64,000 bases of DNA, from IMG/VR virus record IMGVR_UViG_3300029825_000001, positions 69,558 to 133,557 of that record; one strand, 5' to 3'. Under the pieces are notes generated by a model. It did not search any database, was not told the DNA's origin, and was given only the letters and a program-made list of their open reading frames with translations. Within the stretch, counting starts at the first letter, position 1. Every line of letters begins with the position of its first letter. Below are positions 55,816 through 64,000 of this stretch, in pieces. The translations under genes were made by a program, and so were the position numbers. Source of the DNA: a virus.

Positions 55816-56532
55816 ATGAAAAGAAGAAAATATAGAATAAAGAACAAAACAAGATGGAGAGTATTTATAAGTATAATAAGTGCAATATTATTAGCATTGG
55901 TAATTTACATATTATATACCTACAATAATCAACAGTCATATGCGGAAACTAAACAGACAGAATATGATATGTCAGATTTACATATTAGAACGGTACAAAT
56001 TGAACCTATAACAGCTTTTGAGTATGGTATGATACTAGATGCTCAAAATCCGAAAGTAGATGCTCCAGCAATGCCACAGTACAATATAGTATTAAGTAAA
56101 GAGCTTCAAGAATATACATGGAACGAATGTTTATATTATGAGGTTGCTTATGAACTTGAACTTGCTATAATGCATACGGAAAGTAGATTTAACGAAAAAG
56201 CCGATAATGGAATCAGTAGGGGTATATGTCAGATTAATAGAAATACTGCTAAAAAATTAGCTGAAGATTTACAGATTCAAAATTATGATTCTTTTAATGC
56301 CAAACATAATATTAGTGCTTCAATCTATTATATTAAGCAAATAAGAGATTATTGGATAAGTGAGGGATATTGTGATGAAGATGTAGTTTATCTAACTCTA
56401 ATAAGCTATAATCGAGGTTTAGCAGGTTGTAAGAACTACATTAGAAGTCATGGTATTTATGATGATTATTATGCTCATAAAGTTTTAGGTTATAAAGAAC
56501 AATTAGAAACTACTAGAACAATTGTTGATTAA
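55816..56532 (+). CDS. Membrane-anchored SLT lytic transglycosylase
   Basis: N-terminal TM helix; AIMHTESRF, GICQIN, SYNRG. Confidence 0.85.
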   Translation: MKRRKYRIKNKTRWRVFISIISAILLALVIYILYTYNNQQSYAETKQTEYDMSDLHIRTVQIEPITAFEYGMILDAQNPKVDAPAMPQYNIVLSKELQEYTWNECLYYEVAYELELAIMHTESRFNEKADNGISRGICQINRNTAKKLAEDLQIQNYDSFNAKHNISASIYYIKQIRDYWISEGYCDEDVVYLTLISYNRGLAGCKNYIRSHGIYDDYYAHKVLGYKEQLETTRTIVD

Positions 56533-56582
56533 AATTAAGTGGAATAAATAAAAAATATAATAAAAAGGTGGAAAATTGAGAT

Positions 56583-56957
56583 ATGGAATGGAGAAAACAT
56601 AGAAATCAAATGACACCAATGGAAAAGCAAGAAATATATAAAGCATTAGCATTATGCTCTTGCTATAGATTTACAAGGCATTCTTTTGATAAGAAAGAAC
56701 AAAGAGGTATATCTAATAGAGAAATTTTTCGATGTATAAAATATGGTGATATTATAGAATTTCACTATATTAAGGGGCAACAACGTGTATTGCTGAGAAG
56801 TAATGAAACTGTACATAATTCTAATGTTTGCGTTGTAGTAGACATTAATACATATGAAATTGTAACTGCATATAGAAATACAATAACTGATAGCCATATT
56901 ACGTTACATACGGAGTTATATGATAGCAGTTATGACTTACTAAGTTACATAAATTAA
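56583..56957 (+). CDS. DUF4258-like protein
   Basis: FTRHSFDKKEQRGIS...VVVD...IVTAY. Confidence 0.55.
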   Translation: MEWRKHRNQMTPMEKQEIYKALALCSCYRFTRHSFDKKEQRGISNREIFRCIKYGDIIEFHYIKGQQRVLLRSNETVHNSNVCVVVDINTYEIVTAYRNTITDSHITLHTELYDSSYDLLSYIN

Positions 56958-58559
56958 CATAGAATACAAGTTTTATTTGGTGAAAGGAGAAAAAATGAAA
57001 ATTGAAAATGAAACAAAAAATATAGAAGTTACAAAAGAAATAATAAAAGCTGTATATAGTGAAATAGATATTAAAAATTTAATTCTTGCAGACTTAAAAT
57101 CACAAGGCTATAACGTACAAGCTATATTGTTTAAAACAAATTACAAATATGTATCTGATGAATGGGGAATGAATTGCCATTCTGTAACTGAATTTTGTGG
57201 AGCTGAAGTCTTATTAGATAAAAATAATACCATTTAAAATTTATGTTTTATATAGGAAGGAGTAAATAAAAAATATGAACAATAAACAAGAATTACTACA
57301 TAGAGCTATTCAACATTATAAAACTATGGTGATAGCAGATATAAACATAGATGATGATTTAGCTAAGTATAGAAGAGTTGCTTTAGAAGCACTTAAATCA
57401 GAATTAGAACGAGAAGAATCTGATGGTTGTGAGTATTGTAATACTGAAAATAAATTTACAGAAACAGGTGTATCAATTATTTCTAAACCATATTTACAAG
57501 TTTATATTGCAAAACAACCTATAGATAATAGATATTACTTAACGACAAGTGAATATGAAGAATTGAAGAGTAGAAAAGGACAATATGATAACAGTCCTTT
57601 TAGAAGTGATAAGAGAGAAATATATTATTGCCCTAAATGTGGAAGAAAGTTGTGATAAATAACAAATAGTACACCATATATAGTGATAAAATTGTTATTA
57701 TATACAAAATATAGAGTGAAAACTACTATAAATTCATCGTTTTAACGGTAGAAAGGTAAAGTAAATGAACGAAATAAAATATACATATGGATGTGAGAAT
57801 AAAAAATATCATGTAGAATATTATCCCAATCAGTTAGAAAGGCAAGAACAATATGGAATGACTCTTAAGGTTAATGGTATTGTTAAACATTTTGACCCAT
57901 CATGCCAAATAGCAATTCAAACTGCTAAATGTGATTTTATATTAATTGATAGTCGTTTAATTGCAGTAATGCGACCAATGAATGAGTTTGAAATAAAGGA
58001 TTTTGAGAAATTAGAGGTAAAAAATGAGTAATATAAAATATTATTGTTTGTATTCACAATGTCCATTAACAGACTGTGAAAAACATTTAAAACAACCATT
58101 TGATAAAACTGGTGAATATATTAATTTAAAAGATTATGCTCCAATATGTGAAAGATATATTGGGTGGTTAGTAGATAAGGAAAGGGGAAAATAAATATGG
58201 ATATTAAAATTAATGATACAGAAATAGAAAAGTTAGTAAAAGCTCAAGTAAATCAAAAAATTACTGAAAAAGTAAATAGTGTTTTTAAGAGTTGTTATAG
58301 CAATAAAGACTATATTGAATATAAAATTAGAGAAATTGTTGAAGAAAAGATTAATGGTATATTAGAAGAAAATTTAGACGGAATGATATATGAAGTAATT
58401 CAAAAATGTGATAAGAAACAAATAGCAAACAATATAAAAACAGAATTTGTAGAAGGATTACTTGATAAATTAACAGAAAGAGAATGGTAAATAAAAGGTG
58501 AGTTTTAATTGGTGTTATATGTAATAAATATAAAATAAGGAAAGGAATAGTTATAGATA

Positions 58560-59255
58560 TTGACAAGAGAAGAACGTAAACAAAAGAAATATGATGAAAC
58601 ACATAAAATTATAGATGGAGTATTATATAAAAAATGTAGTAGTTGTGATGAGTGGTACATATTAAATGAGGATAATTTTTATAAACATAAAACATCTTCT
58701 GATGGTTTTCATCCATATTGTAAGGAATGTAATATTATTAAGAGTTATCTTTGGACTAGAAGCCATTTAGATAGATATAATGAAAGTAATAAAAGACATA
58801 AAGAAACACAGAAATTTAAAGATAATCGTAAGAAAATATCACAAAGACAAAGAGATGATGGATATTGCAATGAATATTATAGTTTAAATAAAAATAAGTT
58901 CAAAGAATATGGAGAAAAGCATAGAAAGCATGAAATATCAAGTAAAGAATGGAAGTTGAATAAGGATTATTTTAAAAACAAAGATGGAGAATGGTGTTGT
59001 GCTTATTGTGGAATTACTGAAACAGAACATAAAAAATTATACAATCAGCAATTACAGAAAGACCATGTACAGTATGACGGTAAAAATGATTTGTCTAATT
59101 GTGTACCTGCTTGTAAACCATGTAATAGTAGTAAGAAACAATATGACATAGAAGAATGGTATAGACAACAAGAATTCTTTTCAGAAGAAAGATTAAATAA
59201 GATATATAAATGGATTAAAGAAGATTATAAACAATACATAAAAATTACCGAATAA
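58560..59255 (+). CDS. HNH endonuclease with N-terminal Zn finger
   Basis: KKCSSC...YCKEC; CAYCG...KDHV...NCVPACKPCNSSK. Confidence 0.88.
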   Translation: MTREERKQKKYDETHKIIDGVLYKKCSSCDEWYILNEDNFYKHKTSSDGFHPYCKECNIIKSYLWTRSHLDRYNESNKRHKETQKFKDNRKKISQRQRDDGYCNEYYSLNKNKFKEYGEKHRKHEISSKEWKLNKDYFKNKDGEWCCAYCGITETEHKKLYNQQLQKDHVQYDGKNDLSNCVPACKPCNSSKKQYDIEEWYRQQEFFSEERLNKIYKWIKEDYKQYIKITE

Positions 59256-59292
59256 AGCTGTTATTTTAATGGATGTTATAGAAAGGAGATAA

Positions 59293-60591
59293 ATGTTACC
59301 AGTATTTAAAGAATATATTAGTTTTCTACAATCAAATGGTGATTTACCAGTAGATTTAGTAGAAGGATATTATTGGCTTGATAATCAAATAATTAAAGCT
59401 TTTAATAAGAAAAATAAAATAGAAAAGATATTTAGAATTAACATTACAGATGATTTACAAGTATCATTCAAACCATATGCTAAAGTACCTAAATTTGAAG
59501 ATTTACAATCATGGGAAGAAACATATCAATATTATAAAAATGAAATACATAATAAAGAAGCAGAAAGTTTACATGTAATTAATACTATAATTGCAAAATA
59601 TCCCGAACATGAATTAATTTTAACTACATCTAAAGGCAAAGATAGTAATTTAACAGAACATTTACTAGACAAAATAAAAAATAATTACAGAAAGATATTC
59701 AATAATACTACATTAGATTGTGCAGATGTATATAAAGCAGTTAAAAAAGATAAATCTATTGAAATTGCTACACCCAAATTATCAGATGGTAGTTATCGTA
59801 GCTTTTATAAAATGATTCGTAAATATGGAGTCCCATCAAGACATCATAGATGGTGTTGTACATATTTTAAAGAAGGAGCAACTAAGCAATATTTAAATGG
59901 ACAAAATAATGTATTATTTGTGATGGGTATGAGAAACGAAGAAAGTTCAACACGTTCTGACTATGATTTTGAATGGAGAAATGAGCAATGGACTAATAAA
60001 ACATGGATTGGTATGTTGCCTATTAGAAAATGGACTGAATTAGAATTATGGTTGTATACATTACATAATAACTTAGAAATTAATTCTAAATATAAAAAAG
60101 GATATTCAAGATGTGGTTGTCATATTGCTTGTCCATTTTATGCAAAATCAACATGGGTATTAGATAAATATTGGTATCCAAAGGCTTATGAAAGATTTCA
60201 TAATATTTTAGATGAAGATTTTACTAAGAATGAAAAGTGGACAAATATTAATTGCACTCAAGCAGAATATCATTATAACTGGAATGGTGGAATTGTGAGA
60301 GAAATTCCTACAAAAGAAGTTGTAGAAGAATTCCAGAATTATAAAGGTATTGAAGATTACAATGTAGCAGAAACATTTTTTAATAAAGAATGTTGCATGT
60401 GTACAAATACAAAAGGGAATTCCACTAGAGTCTATAAAAAAGATGAGATTGCTATGAACTTAAAATTACTTGGCAGAAACACAGAAAAGTTCATGTGCAA
60501 AAAATGTTTAATGAAATACTTAAATATTACTGAAGAACAGTGGAATGAATACATAAAACAATTTAAACAACAAGGTTGTAATTTATTTTAA
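59293..60591 (+). CDS. PAPS reductase family protein with C-terminal Cys cluster
   Basis: SKGKDS, FNNTTLD, RWCC, GMRNEESSTR, PIRKW, RCGCHIACPF. Confidence 0.85.
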   Translation: MLPVFKEYISFLQSNGDLPVDLVEGYYWLDNQIIKAFNKKNKIEKIFRINITDDLQVSFKPYAKVPKFEDLQSWEETYQYYKNEIHNKEAESLHVINTIIAKYPEHELILTTSKGKDSNLTEHLLDKIKNNYRKIFNNTTLDCADVYKAVKKDKSIEIATPKLSDGSYRSFYKMIRKYGVPSRHHRWCCTYFKEGATKQYLNGQNNVLFVMGMRNEESSTRSDYDFEWRNEQWTNKTWIGMLPIRKWTELELWLYTLHNNLEINSKYKKGYSRCGCHIACPFYAKSTWVLDKYWYPKAYERFHNILDEDFTKNEKWTNINCTQAEYHYNWNGGIVREIPTKEVVEEFQNYKGIEDYNVAETFFNKECCMCTNTKGNSTRVYKKDEIAMNLKLLGRNTEKFMCKKCLMKYLNITEEQWNEYIKQFKQQGCNLF

Positions 60592-60606
60592 AGAAAGGAT
60601 ATATAT

Positions 60607-60966
60607 ATGAAAGTTTACTATGCACATTTTGTTGGCATATATGATACAAAACAAGAAGAAAGAGATTTAAATACTATAAAAACCATATTTCCAAATGCAG
60701 AAATTATCAATCCAAACAATGATAAACACAACAAAGGTTATAAACAGTATGGAATGAATTATTTTGAAATACTTATTGAAGAATGTGATGTTTTAGTGTT
60801 TAGAGGTTGTATTAATAATAAAATATCAACAGGAGTTTATCAAGAAATTAATATGGCAAAAGAACATTATATTCCAGTTGTTGAATTACCTACAATGTTA
60901 AATAGAGAAATGTCAGTACAAGAAACAAGGCAAATGTTAATCGAATTGGGTATTAGGAGTGAATAA
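60607..60966 (+). CDS. Nucleoside 2-deoxyribosyltransferase-like protein
   Basis: KVYYAH...IINP...IEECDVLV...STGVYQEI..A....IPV pattern. Confidence 0.5.
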   Translation: MKVYYAHFVGIYDTKQEERDLNTIKTIFPNAEIINPNNDKHNKGYKQYGMNYFEILIEECDVLVFRGCINNKISTGVYQEINMAKEHYIPVVELPTMLNREMSVQETRQMLIELGIRSE

Positions 60967-61045
60967 TTGCACTTTAATACAATAAAGTGAACGCTGGAAT
61001 TTCAACGTTTTAAAAATACAAAAACCGATTAAAATTGCACTTTTA

Positions 61046-63571
61046 ATGGTGTGGAAAGAAGAATTAAGAATGAAGATAAAATTATTAACTCGTGACACTA
61101 TTAGCAATATAATGGAATTTGTAACATACATAAATAAGAGCAATAATATGACAGCATTAGCCCAAGAACAATCTGAAGATGGGTATTATGTTATCTGTGT
61201 AGAATCATTTGAAGAAGGAGAGCAATAATGGCTAGAAAATCAAAAGAAGAAAAAGTACATGAAAACAAATCACAAGAACAAATTAAGTTAAAAGATGCTT
61301 TAATTGAATCAAAATTATCTCCTGAAGATATAGTATATATACATAAACACAATGTATACGGAGATGAAAAATACTTGGTTAAGGATATTGAAAATAATAT
61401 ACTAAATAAAAAAGTAATGGGAATAAATCAACACTATAACAGTGAATTACGTGCATCTGACGGATTTAGATTTATGATTGAATAGGAGAAATAAAAAATA
61501 TGATAGAAAATACTTGGGATAATGGGTTTGATTTTGAAAATATGTCAAAAGAAGAATTAATTGATGCAATAACACATCATTGTCCATATCAAAAATGTAT
61601 TAAAGAAATTGAAGGATATAATTTTATTGTAGGAAGATATTACTATTATGAACAAACATGTGAAGATGAAGTTGGTTTTTGTTGTAAGAACATATGTTAT
61701 TTAAGCTTTGATGAAGCAAGAGAACATTTTGTTTAGAGAGGATAAAAATATGAATAGCAAAGAAATATATGAAAATTTATATAATTTAGTCACTCATGTA
61801 GATACAATTAGTAAAGCTAATTTGAAATATGCTAAAGAACTTCAGATAGTCTTATACAACCTAGAAATAGAATCTGCTCATATTAATGAAGCTAATGGGT
61901 TGTTAGCTATTGCAGAAGAATTAAGTCGCATACTCAATAACATCATTAAGCATACAGATGAGTTAATTAAAGAAGATGATGAAGTTATTGAAGGCACTAT
62001 GAGCGAATTAAAGGGTGTTTTGAATATATAGAAAGGAGAAATTATGAGTAAACAATATACGTGGGAATCTGAATTAAATAAGGAAATGTGGCAACATGAT
62101 TGTTTTAATTCACCAACAGATTGTATTTTAGATGCAGTTGAAAATTATGGATATAAATCAGGTGAAACAATTTATATTGGTGTAACTGTAGATTTTGGAA
62201 TTAATGTTGATGCAACTGATGTATTAGAGAAATTAGAGGAAGAAGCATATGAATTTGCAGAATCAGCAGAAGATTGGAACACATTTAATTATAAAGAAGA
62301 TAAAAAAGAATTAGATGAATTAAGTGAACAATTGAGTGATGTGATTATTAAATGGTTAGAAAAGCATAATAACATGCCTAATTTTTATCAGGTTATTGAT
62401 GTTCAACCATTTAAAATTTGAATTTTAAGGTGAAATAGATGAAAGAAGATATTAATAATCCATATTTTAATTTGAAACATTATGAGTTTAATGATTTGGA
62501 AGACTTGATAAATTCATATAAATCATTTGATGGATTACATAAAGCTAAATTAAATTGGTTAGATAGATTAATTTCAAAAGAGCATAAATATGGATATAAC
62601 CGAATGTGTGTATTTGGACTATGGTTAATGTGTGGAGCATTTCTTCCATTCTGGATATTATTTATGTTTTTAATAGGTAATTACACTAATAATAGTAATG
62701 CTATTGGAGGAATAAGTTTCGTAATTTGTTTTATTATAGGAATTGTATTTGAACTGATTTATCAACATAGTTGTGACAAGATAGATTACAATTCATTAAT
62801 GGATAAAGTTGCTCAGATTAATATATTTGAGTGGTTAGAAAGAAATTAAAATGAGACATTTAATGGGGTGAAATATGAATATAAATAATGAAATACCTAA
62901 ATATAGAAAAAAATCTAAATCTACTAATAAGGCTAAATCAGACCATAAACATGAATATACAGACTGTTTATTGTTTGATGGTAAGTCACATTGGAAAGGT
63001 ACTTACTGTAAAATTTGTGGCAAGATTGGTGATAGAAAATGGGAGACTGAACCAATAGAACTACATGGTAAAATGTTCCATAGATTATTACATAATGAAG
63101 AATTAGTACTAAAATACAAAGATTTAAATGTATTTAATATTAATAGTGATGGTAAATATATTGAAAAATAGGTATAAAATGTACGTTTTAATGTACGAAA
63201 AGGAGATAGGAATGAAAATAACAAGAAATAAAATTACACCAGTTATAAACCCAAACTATCAAGTTAAAGAAGCTCCACAAGAGTTAATTAAAATATTAAT
63301 AAACAGTGGCACAATACCTGTAGTTACTACCAGTTTAGATAAATTATGTGATGATAACATATCATTTAGTGTTAATGAGGATGATGTTATAGGTTACGTG
63401 ACATTTAGTTGTTATGAGCCAACATTAGAAGATAACGGATTTATTTACGCTGATATTTCATGGTGTAAAGATGACTACAAAGACTATCAATGGGCAAATT
63501 GTGAGTTCGAAGTAGATTGTAATATGAATATCACTAGATTTATATGTGTACAATATGAAATGGTGGATTAA
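61046..63571 (+). CDS. Cluster of small hypothetical genes (61046-61228, 61228-61485, 61500-61736, 61708-62031, 62044-62421, 62439-62849 membrane, 62875-63171, about 63212-63571)
   Basis: Co-oriented ORFs with RBS; last three each bracketed by the 16-bp palindrome. Confidence 0.65.
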
Positions 63572-63633
63572 AACAGAGATTTTATATGTAATAAATAAAA
63601 AAATAATTAGAAAGAGAGGGCAAAATATATTAT

Positions 63634-64000
63634 TTGAGAGGTAAAAAAGCATTATATAGAGATATAAACGGAATTATAGAAAAGCAATGTACAAAATGTG
63701 GGAAATGGTTTCCTAATACAGAAGAACATTTTTACAAATTAAAATGTGTATGTAAAATATGCCTAAAAGAGCAACGTAAAATATATAGAGATAATAATAA
63801 AGAAAAAATAAAACAATATGAAAAAATGTATACCATAAAGAACAAAGAAAAACAAAGAAAAAAAGATAAATTATATTATGCAAATAACAAAGAAAAAGAA
63901 AGAGAAAGAAAGTTTAAACAAAAATATAATTTATCTTTAGATGAATATAATGCGATGTTAAAAAATCAAGATAATAAATGTCTTATATGCGGAAATGAAC
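63634..64000 (+). CDS. Endonuclease VII-like protein, truncated by window edge
   Basis: TTG start; KQCTKC...CKIC Zn finger; KYNLSLDEYNAMLKNQDNKCLICG. Confidence 0.7.
   Translation, partial: MRGKKALYRDINGIIEKQCTKCGKWFPNTEEHFYKLKCVCKICLKEQRKIYRDNNKEKIKQYEKMYTIKNKEKQRKKDKLYYANNKEKERERKFKQKYNLSLDEYNAMLKNQDNKCLICGNE

Larger units (their letters stand above)
9444..63584. repeat. Dispersed palindrome family TARAW-N6-WTTTA (extended CCRWW...WWYGG)
   Basis: Core starts at 9444, 25819, 26293, 27141, 28601, 29381, 33872, 34095, 34970, 36068, 36248, 37934, 38559, 38844, 39934, 40511, 41709, 42115, 42879, 43948, 45970, 56960, 57235, 57729, 58492, 59253, 61030, 62412, 62847, 63175, 63569. Confidence 0.85.
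5438..63602. repeat. Dispersed asymmetric 11-mer TAAATAAAAAA co-oriented with transcription
   Basis: Plus: 23901, 24563, 29591, 29674, 30684, 33503, 36760, 37872, 42578, 46193, 46407, 47775, 51107, 55781, 56545, 63592; minus: 5438, 17588, 19282, 20556; all intergenic. Confidence 0.75.

Noticed and set aside
47860-60591. DNA phosphorothioation system (DndB-like plus DndC/PAPS-reductase-like)
   Set aside because: The genes are 10 kb apart, there is no DndA, DndD or DndE, and the DndB-like gene sits in YopQ-YopR repressor synteny.
3307-63652. Many 60-110 aa ORFs antisense to or overlapping real genes (e.g. 3307, 5692, 14407, 17006, 30940, 37061, 41133, 48630, 58351, 63003)
   Set aside because: Hydrophobic shadow frames of AT-rich coding strands, without RBS.
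1-64000. CRISPR array or cas genes
   Set aside because: No regularly spaced 25-45 bp repeats with unique spacers; the palindromes are short and separated by whole genes.

Overview
Internal 64-kb segment of a large, AT-rich temperate phage or phage-plasmid of low-GC Bacillota, organised like SPbeta (host not identifiable, Clostridia-like by inference). The left arm (1-20.4 kb, minus strand) carries head and packaging genes, ClpP, a metallophosphoesterase, a beta-CASP nuclease, tRNA-Trp and tRNA-Pro, a YonO-type single-subunit RNA polymerase, ParB, an iteron origin and a Rep-like gene. The centre holds a tyrosine recombinase and about 2.4 kb of non-coding DNA whose strand composition is mirror-symmetric. 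The right arm (24-64 kb, plus strand) is a long run of small early genes with sigma-A promoters. It also contains a hammerhead ribozyme, candidate sRNAs, a polyvalent adenine MTase, a beta clamp, TnpB, an intact IscB element, NAD ligase, HNH nucleases, a PAPS-reductase-family gene, and a repressor module (LexA-box gene, MazF-like, DndB/YopQ-like, MrpR/YopR-like, XRE). The strongest unexplained signal is about 31 dispersed copies of a palindrome, core TARAW-N6-WTTTA, often extended to CCRWW...WWYGG. The copies sit at gene boundaries, often contain the stop codon, and bracket single genes like cassettes. Their geometry matches tyrosine-recombinase core sites, so they may be either a phage gene-cassette shuffling system or operators of a recombinase-derived repressor. 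All family calls come from motif recognition by eye; no searches were run.
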